Notes under the pieces: generated by a model | Seen by the model: only the letters and a program-made list of their open reading frames with translations | What the model was told of the DNA's origin: nothing | Database searches by the model: none | Program-made: the position numbers and the translations under genes | Origin: a bacterium | GTDB lineage: Bacteria > UBA8248 | DNA: 64,000 nucleotides | Assembly: GCA_965204535.1 (NCBI GenBank) | Contig: OZ241996.1 | Location: 960,001-1,024,000, forward strand | Direction: 5' to 3' | In this document: positions 26,976-36,759 of the stretch, piece after piece | Layout of the letters: each line of letters opens with the position of its first letter | Position numbering within the stretch: the first letter of the stretch is position 1

Positions 26976-28292
26976 CGGAAGCGGGAAACGCCGCCGGGCG
27001 AAATCCCGGGCCTCCTCCCCGGTGGAGATGCGGCCTTCGAGCTGCTCGTCCTCTATCGCGGTGAGGATCTCGCCCAGCCCGGGACCCGGCGGGTAGCCCA
27101 TCGCCATGAGTTCGCGGCCGTCGAGCAGGCGCGGCGGGCGCAGGCCTTCTTCTTGAATTTCCCGGAGTTTCCGCGCGCAGAATTCATGGGTCCGCAGATT
27201 CCCGTGGCTCGCGAGGCAGTCGACCCGGTGGAGTTCGAGCAGTTCCTCGAAATACGGCTCGCGCAGGAAGCGCTTGAGGCGGCTCTCGCGCATCTTCTCG
27301 ACGTGCATGAAGCGCATGTGGTTGGCGACCAGGTCGCGGATTCTCGCCGCGCGCGCTTTGGGCATGCGGAGCCTCCCGCAGACCTCTTCGCTCATCGCCG
27401 CGCCGGCCTTGTCGTGCCCGTTGAAGCGGATCCTGTCCGTCTCGGTATACGTCGCCGGTTTCCCCACGTCGTGGAGCAGTATGCCCCAGGCGAGCGCCGG
27501 CGAGGCGGAGCGTTTCTTGATGCGCAGCATGGCGAGCACGTGCGTCCACACGTCGCCCTCGGGGTGGAATTCCGGCGGCTGCGCCACCCCGCGCATGGCG
27601 GCGACTTCGGGCAGGACGTGTTCCAGGAGGCCCGTGGAACCCAAGGCGGCGAAAGCGGCGTCGGCGTTTTCCCCGGTCAGTATCGCCGTCAGCTCGTCGC
27701 GGATTCTCTCCGGGCTGATTTTCCCGATGCGCCCCGCACCCGCTTCGATGGCGGCGGCGGTCGCCGGCTCGATCGCGAAGCCGAACCTCGCCGAGAAGCG
27801 AACCGCCCGCATCATCCGCAGGTGGTCTTCGCCGAATCTCAAGGCCGGCTCGCCGATGGCGCGGATGATCCCCTCGTCCAGGTCGCGCCGGCCGCCCACG
27901 TAATCGAGGAGCTGGTTATGCGACACGTCGTAAAACATCCCGTTGATGGTGAAATCGCGCCGGCTCGCGTCGCCCTTTTCATCGGAGGGGCGAACCGAGT
28001 CGGGGCGCCTCCCGTCGCCGTAGGGGCCGTCTTCGCGGAACTGCGCCACCTCGAACTCCCGGTCGTCCACCCGCACGCGCACCACGCCGAACTGCGCTCC
28101 CACCGCGACGGTTTTCTCGAAGAGGCCCCCCACGGCTTCGGGCGCCGCGTCCGTGGCGATGTCCCAGTCCTTCGGCTCGTGGCCGAGCAGGGCGTCGCGC
28201 ACGCACCCGCCCGCCAGGAGCGCGCGGTGGCCCGCCGCTTCCAGGGTCCGGATAATCCGAATCGCCGCATCGGGCGGCCGTATGTTCAACAT
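26964..28292 (-). CDS. cca: CCA tRNA nucleotidyltransferase with HD domain
   Basis: AGGCVRD, KDWDIAT, RRDFTIN, EDHLRMMRAVRF, HPEGDV, LLHDVGK. Confidence 0.9.
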   Translation of the reverse strand: MLNIRPPDAAIRIIRTLEAAGHRALLAGGCVRDALLGHEPKDWDIATDAAPEAVGGLFEKTVAVGAQFGVVRVRVDDREFEVAQFREDGPYGDGRRPDSVRPSDEKGDASRRDFTINGMFYDVSHNQLLDYVGGRRDLDEGIIRAIGEPALRFGEDHLRMMRAVRFSARFGFAIEPATAAAIEAGAGRIGKISPERIRDELTAILTGENADAAFAALGSTGLLEHVLPEVAAMRGVAQPPEFHPEGDVWTHVLAMLRIKKRSASPALAWGILLHDVGKPATYTETDRIRFNGHDKAGAAMSEEVCGRLRMPKARAARIRDLVANHMRFMHVEKMRESRLKRFLREPYFEELLELHRVDCLASHGNLRTHEFCARKLREIQEEGLRPPRLLDGRELMAMGYPPGPGLGEILTAIEDEQLEGRISTGEEARDFARRRFPLPGGC

Positions 28293-28429
28293 CGTCACCC
28301 CGCCGTGGTTGAAATGCCGGAACCTCGATACTACGATAGGCCCAATTCCGGGCGCGGGCAAACCCTCGTTCGGGGAGCCGCCCGCCCGTTCCAGAGCCGC
28401 CCGCCCGCGCATTGATTGCTGGAGGAGCA

Positions 28430-29446
28430 ATGGCGTCCCGTTTCGCGAGAATACTCGTTTTTTTCGTCGTTTTCCCGGCGTCGGCGAACCTCGCTCATGG
28501 CGCTTCGCTGGATGAGAAATCGATTGACGCAGGGCTCGAACAGGTCGCCGCGGGCGATTATTCCGCGGCGTCTGATGCGTTCGACCGGGTGATAGCGTCC
28601 GCGCCCGGGCGTCCCGAGGGATATTTCTTCAAGGCGTCGGTTTTCCATATCCTGAAAAGCCATATCCGGCGGGAGGACTATCAGGAGACCTGGCGGGAAA
28701 ACGCCGAGAAGGCGCTGGCCCTCTCCGAGGCGTTGCTGGAGAAAAACCCCGAAGACGCGAGAGCGCTCCTCCTCGCCGGTCTGACGGAGGGCATGCGCAT
28801 CGTCGATGCGCTCGATAACAGTAGCTATCTCACCGCGTTCCTGCGGGCGGGCGCGATGCAGAATCATCTCGAAAAAGCGGTCGAACTGGAGCCGAAACTC
28901 TATGACGCCTACTACGGGCTGGGGGTTTACCACATCCGGGGCAGCACCGAGAGCTGGGTCAGGATGTTCCGGTTTTTCATCGGCGATACGAGTGCGAAGG
29001 GCAGAGCCTATCTGCGACGCGCGGTGGACGGGAAAGGCTGGATATCCAACACGGCGCGGCTGGCCCTCATCTGGGCGCAGTTGCGGGCGGAGAAATTCAA
29101 GGAGGCGAGAGGGGACGTCGAGTACCTGCGCGCGCGCTATCCCCAAAACGTCTTGTACGAGGTCGCCCATGCGGAGAGCTTTTTCCTCGCCGAGGATTAC
29201 CCGCGCGCGCGGGCGGAATATGCGAAGTTGACGGCCCGGTTGAAACAGGCGGAAGACGAGATTTCGAGCCTGTACCGCGAATTTTCAAAATGGCGGGTCA
29301 TTCGCTGTGATTACGCCTTGGGCAAACACCAGGACGTGGAGGAGGAAACCAGGGAGTTGCTCACCGAAAAACACATGTACGCCTCCCTGATGGAGCAGAT
29401 TCGTCTGGAACTGGAATCCGCGTCCGGTGTGTTGAAAGAGAAATGA
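28430..29446 (+). CDS. Exported TPR-repeat protein
   Basis: GGAGG RBS, signal peptide, TPR-like helices (LEKAVELEPKLYDAYYGLG). Confidence 0.75.
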   Translation: MASRFARILVFFVVFPASANLAHGASLDEKSIDAGLEQVAAGDYSAASDAFDRVIASAPGRPEGYFFKASVFHILKSHIRREDYQETWRENAEKALALSEALLEKNPEDARALLLAGLTEGMRIVDALDNSSYLTAFLRAGAMQNHLEKAVELEPKLYDAYYGLGVYHIRGSTESWVRMFRFFIGDTSAKGRAYLRRAVDGKGWISNTARLALIWAQLRAEKFKEARGDVEYLRARYPQNVLYEVAHAESFFLAEDYPRARAEYAKLTARLKQAEDEISSLYREFSKWRVIRCDYALGKHQDVEEETRELLTEKHMYASLMEQIRLELESASGVLKEK

Positions 29447-30297
29447 TGCGCTATTCGAAAGTGCGGGGCGGCCTGGCGGCTTTCCTGACCATTGTAGCGA
29501 TTTCCCTGCATGCGGGTTTCGCGTGGTCCGCTCCCGTCAGCGTGGATCTGGAGCTCGTCCTGGCCGTCGACGTTTCCGGCAGCGTGGACGAGGTGGAGGG
29601 GAGGCTCCAGCGGATGGGGTATGTGAACGCCTTCCGCTCCCCTGCTGTCTTGCGCGCCATCCAGTCCGGCAGGCGCAAAAGCATTGCGGTCACCTACGTG
29701 GAGTGGGCCGGCTTCGATTTTCAGCGAGTCGTGGTGGGCTGGAAGCGGATTCACGACGGCGCGAGCGCCGAGGCGTTCGCTTACCTGCTCTCTCAGGCGC
29801 CGATAGGGGTGGGGCCCTACACGTCTATCAGCGGCGCGATAGAATTCGCGCTGCCGCTGTTCGAGAACAACGGGTTCACGAGTGAGCGCCGCACCATCGA
29901 CATATCCGGGGACGGGCCGAACAACAGCGGGGACTACGTGACGAATGCGCGGGACAGGGCCGTACGGGCCGGCGTGACGATAAACGGGCTTCCGATCGTG
30001 AACAACCGGCCGAGTCCCTGGGGAAGAATGCCGATGCCGAACCTGGATCTGTATTACAGAAAATGCGTCATCGGGGGCAGGCGCTCTTTCCTGGTGGTCG
30101 CGAATGACTTCAAGTCTTTCGGTCGCGCCATCCGCAGGAAACTGATTCTGGAGATTGTCGGCCTGCCGGGGAGAGAGGGGCGGCAACAGGCGCATGACCG
30201 GCGCCGGCCGAAGGAAGGCCCGGTTCTGGTGTCGAGGGCGGCCCCGCCGTGTGACGCCGGCGAGAAGCGGCGCAGAAGCTGGACGGATGAGTATTAA
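29443..30297 (+). CDS. DUF1194 (vWA-like) protein
   Basis: VDLELVLAVDVSGS (MIDAS), YVEWAG, IDISGDGPNNSG, RRKLILEI. Confidence 0.88.
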   Translation: MMRYSKVRGGLAAFLTIVAISLHAGFAWSAPVSVDLELVLAVDVSGSVDEVEGRLQRMGYVNAFRSPAVLRAIQSGRRKSIAVTYVEWAGFDFQRVVVGWKRIHDGASAEAFAYLLSQAPIGVGPYTSISGAIEFALPLFENNGFTSERRTIDISGDGPNNSGDYVTNARDRAVRAGVTINGLPIVNNRPSPWGRMPMPNLDLYYRKCVIGGRRSFLVVANDFKSFGRAIRRKLILEIVGLPGREGRQQAHDRRRPKEGPVLVSRAAPPCDAGEKRRRSWTDEY

Positions 30298-30391
30298 ATT
30301 TTCACGTATGCCTGATAAAGTATGAGGCGGGATATTCTAATCGTTCGATAATTTTCGGACTGTTTCTCAAAACCGAGGAGTGAAAATTCTG

Positions 30392-31366
30392 ATGAAAGCG
30401 GTGCGCGTGCATGAATTCAACATGGATGTCCCCATGCGGGTGGACGAGGTGGAAGACGCACGGCCGGCGCCCGGCGAGGTGCTGGTAAAAGCCGGCGCAG
30501 TCGGCGTGAACCCGGTGGACCTGGCGATACGGGCCGCCAAGCACCCTTACGCCAAACTGGTGACGCCCCCTTATGTTCCGGGCGCCGAGGCGGCGGGAGA
30601 GATCATCGCCCTGGGCGAGGGCGTGGAGGGCTGGCGGATCGGGCAGCGGGTGTATGGCCGCGCCATGGGGGGAAGCTACGCCGAGAACGTGCGGCTCGTC
30701 GCCGACGCCACGGCGGAACTGCCCGAAGCCTACTCTTATGAAGAGGGGGCCTGCATCACGGTGGCGTTCTACACGGCCTGGAACGCGCTCGTCATCAAGG
30801 CGCAGGCGGGACCCGGCGAGACGGTGCTGGTGCAAGGCGGCGCCGGTGGCGTCGGGATGGCGGCGATTCAACTCGCCAAGCGGCTGGGCTGCCGCGTTTT
30901 CGCGACGGTGAGTTCCGATGCGAAGGCGCAATTCTGCAAGGAAATGGGCGCGGACGAGACGATCAACTACCGCGAGGAGGATTTCGCCGAGCGCTGCATG
31001 GAGCTCACCGGCGGGCGCGGGGTCGACGTCGTCGTCGAGCTTTGCGCCTGCGATAATTTCGACAAGGACCTGGACGCCATCCGCGTGGACGGGAAAATCA
31101 TCGTTATCGGCACGGGCACGGGCAAGGGGCCGGGCGCGGAATTCCGGGTGCCCGCGGTCATGACGAAAGACGCGGTGGTGCTGGGGCTGGCCGTGGTGAA
31201 CCTGTTTCCGAAAATGCCGGAGCTGGTGCGCCGCTTCACGCCCCTGCTGCGCGAGGGCGCGTTCCGAGTCAACGTCGATAAGGCGTCTAGTTTCGAAGAA
31301 GCGAACGAAGCGCATGATTACGTTCTGGATGGTCAGTTTCTGGGCAAGGTCGTCCTGGTCCCGTAG
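30392..31366 (+). CDS. NADPH:quinone oxidoreductase (zeta-crystallin/MDR family)
   Basis: GVNPVD, PGAEAAG, VLVQGGAGGVG, GKVVL. Confidence 0.9.
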   Translation: MKAVRVHEFNMDVPMRVDEVEDARPAPGEVLVKAGAVGVNPVDLAIRAAKHPYAKLVTPPYVPGAEAAGEIIALGEGVEGWRIGQRVYGRAMGGSYAENVRLVADATAELPEAYSYEEGACITVAFYTAWNALVIKAQAGPGETVLVQGGAGGVGMAAIQLAKRLGCRVFATVSSDAKAQFCKEMGADETINYREEDFAERCMELTGGRGVDVVVELCACDNFDKDLDAIRVDGKIIVIGTGTGKGPGAEFRVPAVMTKDAVVLGLAVVNLFPKMPELVRRFTPLLREGAFRVNVDKASSFEEANEAHDYVLDGQFLGKVVLVP

Positions 31367-31396
31367 CTGCGGGCCAAGGCGTAAAAGGAGAATGCG

Positions 31397-32371
31397 ATGA
31401 AAGCAGTACGAGTAACGCGGTTCGGGCTCGATCATCCCATGGAGTTGGAGGAGGTGCCGGAGCCCGAACCCGGGCCGGGTGAGATGCTGGTGCGGATAGC
31501 GGCGGCCGGGGTGAACCCTCTGGAAGTCGCCATTCGCTCGGGGAATCACCCGCGCGCGGGGGCGATGACGCTGCCTTATACGTGCGGTACGGACGTCGCC
31601 GGCGAAGTGGAAGCGGTGGGCGAGGGCGTCGAGGCGTTCGAGCCGGGCGACCGGGTGTGGGGCCGCGCCTCCACCGGGGCGTACGCCGAGAAAGGATTGC
31701 TGCCCGCTGGCTCTACGGGCAAGCTGCCGGATTCGATGTCTTCTGCGGAGGGGGCCGCGCTGCCCATCCCGCTCCTTACGGCCTGGAACGCCCTGGTCGT
31801 GAAGGGAGAGGCGGCTCCGGGCGATTGCGTGCTCGTGCAGGGGGGAGCCGGCGGCGTGGGCTATCTGGCGATCCAGCTTGCCCGCACGTTAGGCTGCCGG
31901 GTGTTCACGACGGTCAGTTCCAAGGAAAAAGCGGATTTCTGTCTTGGAGGGGGCGCCGAGGCGGCCATCAACTACAGGGAAGAAGACGTGCCCGAGCGTG
32001 TGATGGAACTGACTTCCGGCCGGGGCGTCGAGGTCGTGGTTGAGAATATAGGTTGTGAGAACTTGCCGTCGGATCTCAAGCTCAACGCCGTCAACGGCCG
32101 GATCGTCATCGTCGGAACGGGGACGGGAAAAGGCCCGGAGGTGACAATCCCCCTGCCTGCGGCCATGGGCCGGGACGCCCGGATTCTGGCGCTTTCTTCG
32201 GGCAATCTGAATCCTCTCGTCCCGGGCATATTGAGGCGTCTGGCTCCCTTGCTGGAAAGCGGCGCCATCAAGCCTCATATCGGGCGAGAACTGCCCCTGG
32301 AGCAGGCGAATGAATCGCACGAGGTTCTACTGAGCGGAAAATTCCTGGGCAAAATCAATTTGGCGCCCTAG
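31397..32371 (+). CDS. NADPH:quinone oxidoreductase (MDR family), tandem paralog
   Basis: AAGVNP, GTDVAG, VLVQGGAGGVG; shares TAWNALV and GTGTGKGP with the upstream gene. Confidence 0.9.
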   Translation: MKAVRVTRFGLDHPMELEEVPEPEPGPGEMLVRIAAAGVNPLEVAIRSGNHPRAGAMTLPYTCGTDVAGEVEAVGEGVEAFEPGDRVWGRASTGAYAEKGLLPAGSTGKLPDSMSSAEGAALPIPLLTAWNALVVKGEAAPGDCVLVQGGAGGVGYLAIQLARTLGCRVFTTVSSKEKADFCLGGGAEAAINYREEDVPERVMELTSGRGVEVVVENIGCENLPSDLKLNAVNGRIVIVGTGTGKGPEVTIPLPAAMGRDARILALSSGNLNPLVPGILRRLAPLLESGAIKPHIGRELPLEQANESHEVLLSGKFLGKINLAP

Positions 32372-32407
32372 AGAGGAATCCCCGCATTTTGAGGAGGTGG
32401 ATGAGAG

Positions 32408-33097
32408 ATGCTCCGGCTGGGTGATCATGAAATCGATCTGTGTCTGTTCGACGCCTACGGCACGCTGTTCGACGTAACCGCGGCGGCGGCGGAAAAACAA
32501 TCGGAGCTTGGCGATCAGTGGCAGGCGCTCTCCTCGCTCTGGCGGACCAAGCAGATTGAATACACGTGGCTGAGAAGCCTGATGGGCAATCACGCGGATT
32601 TCTGGCAGGTAACCGGCGATGCGCTCGATTTCGCCATGGATACGCTGGGGATGAGTGATCCACGCCTTCGCGAAGAACTGATGATGCTCTACAAACGATT
32701 GAGTGCGTATCCCGAGGTGAAGGGCGTGCTCGCGAAGTTAAAGGATAATGGGGTGCGGGCCGCGATTCTCTCCAACGGCTCGCCCGAAATGCTTGACAGC
32801 GCAGTGAAAAACGCCGGAATCGAGGAATATCTCGAAGACGTTCTATCCGTGGAGAGTGCCGGGATATTCAAGGTGCACCCGTCGGTCTATCAACTGGCGG
32901 TGGACCGGCTAGGCGTTCCCGCCGAAAGAATCTGCTTTTTCTCATCAAACGGCTGGGATGTCGCGGGTGCCTCTCATTTCGGATACCGCGTCGTCTGGGT
33001 CAATCGTTTCGGGCAGAAAAAAGAGCGCGTCCCGCATGAAATCGACGCGGAAATCACCTCACTCGATGAGCTAGAGAGGGTGCTGGTTCTTAAGTGA
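32408..33097 (+). CDS. Haloacid dehalogenase type II (L-2-haloacid dehalogenase-like)
   Basis: FDAYGTLFDV, WRTKQIEYTW, LSNG, FKVHP, SSNGWD. Confidence 0.9.
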   Translation: MLRLGDHEIDLCLFDAYGTLFDVTAAAAEKQSELGDQWQALSSLWRTKQIEYTWLRSLMGNHADFWQVTGDALDFAMDTLGMSDPRLREELMMLYKRLSAYPEVKGVLAKLKDNGVRAAILSNGSPEMLDSAVKNAGIEEYLEDVLSVESAGIFKVHPSVYQLAVDRLGVPAERICFFSSNGWDVAGASHFGYRVVWVNRFGQKKERVPHEIDAEITSLDELERVLVLK

Positions 33098-33110
33098 GGC
33101 TCTTTGAGGT

Positions 33111-33695
33111 TTACGATGCGTTCAGGGCCTTTCTGAGAGTCTGGATTCTCCCCGCATGGTCCGAATGGTTCACCGGCGGGAGTTTCTCCGTGTTCGTCAC
33201 CGGCAATACGATGAAATGAGGACCCGCCTCGGTGAGTATCCGGGGCAGGGCGTCATGAAACACGTCGAGAGCATCAATGCGCTCCACCTTGCCTTTTCCC
33301 GTCGCGCCGCCGCCCTCGAAGCCCGAGGCGCGCGCCAGTTCGACGAAATCGGCCCGCGGGGGGAGTTCCTGCCCGCCCACCATCTCGTAGCTCCTGTTCT
33401 CGAGCAGGAATACGACCAGGTTTTCGGGCGCATACCTGGCCAGCGTCACCAGCGAGCCCAAGCTCATCAGTATCCCCCCGTCGCCTTTCCAGACGATGGT
33501 TTTTCGCTCGGGCCGGGCGATGGCGAGGCCTAAGCCGAAATCGGCGGCGTGCCCCATGCCGAAGGCCAGAAAATCGAAATCAAGGTCGCTTTCCGAGACC
33601 AGCGGCCACTGCAGGGTGGCCGTCATGGTCATCACCACGATCTCGTTTGTTCTTCGCTCCGCCACCGCCCGGAACAGTTCCATGCGCTCTATCAA
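33111..33695 (-). CDS. ThDP-dependent decarboxylase beta subunit (sulfopyruvate/phosphonopyruvate decarboxylase-like)
   Basis: MGHAADFGLGLA, KGDGG...LLEN ThDP motif. Confidence 0.75.
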   Translation of the reverse strand: MIERMELFRAVAERRTNEIVVMTMTATLQWPLVSESDLDFDFLAFGMGHAADFGLGLAIARPERKTIVWKGDGGILMSLGSLVTLARYAPENLVVFLLENRSYEMVGGQELPPRADFVELARASGFEGGGATGKGKVERIDALDVFHDALPRILTEAGPHFIVLPVTNTEKLPPVNHSDHAGRIQTLRKALNAS

Positions 33696-33708
33696 GGTGA
33701 TCCGCCTC

Positions 33709-34218
33709 TTAGGGTTTGAACCCGTAGCCGGTGATGACGGCCGCCGGGTACGAAGTTTCCGCCGCCGTCTGGTCCATCAGTTCGAGCGTTTCCAGGTCAT
33801 CGTCCGACATCATGCGCCAGGTCGGGATTCTCCAGGCCTGAAGCAGCGGTTCCGTAAAGGTATAGGCCGAATCGATCGGCAACTTTCCGGCCACCGCCCC
33901 ACCGTATCCCCGCCAGCCGACCATCATGCGCAAGGGCACCCTGGGTCCTGCGCCGCAGCCTCTCAGGGAGTCTCCCGCCTCCATCAGCCCCGTGTTCTGA
34001 ATCACGAGCAACGGCTTGAGGCCGCCCGTCCAGAGCCCGGCCGCGATGGCGATGGATTCTCCCTCCCGGCAGGGGGTGATCAGGTCGATTTCCGGGTCGC
34101 TTTCCAGCGCATCGTATAGAAGACGGCTCTCGCTGTCCGGGATCATGAGAGCATGCGTAAAGCCGAGTTCATGAAGTTTCCGGACCGTTTTACTTGCGCT
34201 TGCGCCGTTCTCGCTCAA
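33709..34218 (-). CDS. ThDP-dependent decarboxylase alpha subunit (ComD-like)
   Basis: IPDS, REGESIAIAAG, IQNTGL, VGWRG; TTG start after GAGG. Confidence 0.75.
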   Translation of the reverse strand: MSENGASASKTVRKLHELGFTHALMIPDSESRLLYDALESDPEIDLITPCREGESIAIAAGLWTGGLKPLLVIQNTGLMEAGDSLRGCGAGPRVPLRMMVGWRGYGGAVAGKLPIDSAYTFTEPLLQAWRIPTWRMMSDDDLETLELMDQTAAETSYPAAVITGYGFKP

Positions 34219-34424
34219 GTATTTTCCTCTCGAATTAGAATTGCATATTATTATCTGTCGAGGGGCCATCTTCTGCGCCGCATAACGCTCAAGTCAAGAG
34301 TTCCCGGCGAAATAATCCTGGAATCGCAGAGGACGGGAATATGATAACCTGCCCGAAGTGATATGCTCGGATTCGTTCAATCGGAATGAGATTTTCCCTG
34401 TATGGTGCGGAGAGAAAGTAAGCC

Positions 34425-35450
34425 ATGTCGAAGCGAAGACCCGTAATCGCGATGACCATGGGAGACCCGGCGGGGGTGGGGCCCGAGGTTTGCCTGAAAG
34501 CCGTCCTGGATGCGAGCGTTCGGAAAAAATGCGCCCCCCTCATCGTGGGCGATATGGCCGTGCTCAGGAAACACGCCCGGCGGATGAAGATTCCGGCGCG
34601 TCTGGAACGGGTAGCTGATGAGGCGAAACTGGCGCAACACCAAAGCTCGGCTGCCACGCCCGTGATTGATCTCAAAAACGTCGCGCCCGAGCACCGCGTT
34701 TACGGCGAAGTCCTCCCCGAGTTGGGCAGAGCGGCGGGCGGGTATATCAAAAAGGCCGTATCGATGGCGTGCACAGGCTTCGTGGACGCCGTAGCGACCG
34801 CGCCGATCAACAAGGAATCCCTGCAAGCCGGAGGGTACGACTACCCCGGTCACACCGAGATGCTCGCCGACCTGTGCGGCGGAGGGCGGCCCGTCATGAT
34901 GCTCGCGCACCGCAAGATACGCATCGCGCACCTGTCCACCCATTGTTCTCTGAGAGTCGCGCTCCGCCGCGTCAAGAGAAAGCGAATCGTGTACGTGGCG
35001 CGCGTTCTGGACGACGCCCTGCGCCTGCTCGATCGAAAAACGCCCAGAATCGGCGTCGCGGGTCTCAATCCTCATGCGGGCGAGGGCGGCTTGTTCGGGA
35101 GAGAGGAGGTGGAGGAAATCGCGCCCGCGGTCGCGGATTTAAGGGAGATGGGCGTCGACGCGCACGGCCCCGAGCCGCCGGACACGATTTTCGGCAAGCT
35201 GCGCGGCGGCTACTACAGCGGCGTGGTGGCGATGTATCACGATCAGGGCCACATTCCGGGCAAGCTGATGTGCTTTCGCTTCGACTCCCAGGGGCAGGCG
35301 AGCGTGCGCGGCGTCAACGTGACGCTGGGCCTGCCCATCGTCAGGACCTCGGTCGAGCACGGGACGGGCTACCCCATCGCCGGGCGCGGGCTCGCCGACC
35401 CCTCCAGTATGGTTGATGCACTTATCCTCGCGGCGCGGATGGTTGGGTAA
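34425..35450 (+). CDS. pdxA: 4-hydroxythreonine-4-phosphate dehydrogenase family
   Basis: TMGDPAGVGPE, TAPINK, PGHTE, LNPHAGE, MYHDQG, RTSVEHGT. Confidence 0.92.
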   Translation: MSKRRPVIAMTMGDPAGVGPEVCLKAVLDASVRKKCAPLIVGDMAVLRKHARRMKIPARLERVADEAKLAQHQSSAATPVIDLKNVAPEHRVYGEVLPELGRAAGGYIKKAVSMACTGFVDAVATAPINKESLQAGGYDYPGHTEMLADLCGGGRPVMMLAHRKIRIAHLSTHCSLRVALRRVKRKRIVYVARVLDDALRLLDRKTPRIGVAGLNPHAGEGGLFGREEVEEIAPAVADLREMGVDAHGPEPPDTIFGKLRGGYYSGVVAMYHDQGHIPGKLMCFRFDSQGQASVRGVNVTLGLPIVRTSVEHGTGYPIAGRGLADPSSMVDALILAARMVG

Positions 35451-35576
35451 AGGTGAGGGTATTATTCATACCTCTGACGGGATTCTGATGCCCTAATCTA
35501 TTAAACGCGAATTGCAGTCTGCCTCTACGTTACGTAAACAAAAAACAACCTCAAAGACAACAATATTGTTGACAAC

Positions 35577-35864
35577 GGGGTTGTTGAATAAGTCCTGATT
35601 GCGTGAGTCGGAGCATGGAGCCAGGGAGGGAGGCTATAGGGATAAGTCGCTATCAATCCTCGTGCGATGCGTTTTTTTCGTCATTCCGGCGAAAGCCGGA
35701 ATCCATTAGTTTTGCCTTTGTTTTTTATTCTCAGTTTGATTCGCGACAATGACGATGTGATGAAAAACCGAAATAATATCATTCTGCCTGAAATTGGATT
35801 CCGGCTTTCGCCGGAATGACGTCGGTGGTCAATTCCAATCAAGGAGGAATTTTTCAGCAATCCC
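35577..35864. mobile_element. Degenerate MITE-like element enclosing a CGTCATTCCGGC inverted pair
   Basis: GGGGTTGTTGAATAAGTCC and GGAATTTTTCAGCAATCCC imperfect TIRs; AT-rich interior. Confidence 0.45.
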
Positions 35865-35922
35865 ACAATTTAATTGATTGTAGAGCGCAACTCACGGCCC
35901 GTCCCTGCAAAATCTCTCGCCC

Positions 35923-36678
35923 TCACGACCGACAAATCGTAAGCAGGTGTACCGCTTCGGCGCCCGCTTTTTTGAGTTCGCGGGCGCAGGCCGAGGCGGT
36001 CGAGCCGGTCGTGACGACGTCGTCTACGAGGATGCAGGTGGCCGCCTCGATTTTCGGACTCGCCTTGTTTGCGCGAACCCGGAATACGCCGCGCATGTTC
36101 CGGCGCCGCTCCCGTGCGGAGAGGCCCGTCTGCGAGCGGGTCGCCTTCGCGCGTTCGAGTAAGTCCGCGTGGGGGATGCCCAGGCATTCCGCCGTCATGA
36201 GGGCGAGCAGCATTGCCTGATCGAAGCCTCTCGTCCTCCAGTGGGCGGGGTCGATGGGCACATGCGTTACCACCACGTTGCGCGCGTCTGCATCGATTCT
36301 GAATTCCTCCTTCGCGAGCCCGGCGAGATGCGGCGCGAACTCGCGCGCGAGCTTCGTGAATCCCTGGAACTTGAAGAGGTGGACGGAGTCTCGCAGCAGG
36401 CCCTCATAAGCGCCGATGGCACGGGCCATGTCGTAGTGATGCCCGTTTTCGAGGCAATCCGCGCACACGTGGGCCGGGGAATGGGTGAGGGTGGTCAGGG
36501 AGTGAAAAGGAGTTCCGCACCTGGGGCACCAGGGCGGTTCAAAGCGCTCGTAGGCTTCCGTGCAGGGCGTGCATATCGCATGGGGAACGCCGATTTCCAT
36601 GGGAGCCGAGCACAAGAGGCATTTCGGAGGGATGAGGAAGTCCGTCGCTGCGCCGATGAGTCTGCGGAGATAACCCAT
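35923..36678 (-). CDS. comF: ComF-family protein (double zinc ribbon + PRTase)
   Basis: CxxC motifs, RGFDQA, LVDDVVTTGST. Confidence 0.9.
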   Translation of the reverse strand: MGYLRRLIGAATDFLIPPKCLLCSAPMEIGVPHAICTPCTEAYERFEPPWCPRCGTPFHSLTTLTHSPAHVCADCLENGHHYDMARAIGAYEGLLRDSVHLFKFQGFTKLAREFAPHLAGLAKEEFRIDADARNVVVTHVPIDPAHWRTRGFDQAMLLALMTAECLGIPHADLLERAKATRSQTGLSARERRRNMRGVFRVRANKASPKIEAATCILVDDVVTTGSTASACARELKKAGAEAVHLLTICRS

Positions 36679-36759
36679 GATCCCTGGAAAACACTCGCTT
36701 CGGGTCCTGGGTATGAAAAAATGCGGCCCCCTCGTACGGGCCGGTTGCAGCGAGAAACC

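Noticed and set aside
35558-35571. Perfect palindrome CAACAATATTGTTG
   Set aside because: Lies between convergent genes in AT-rich sequence, with no gene start to regulate.
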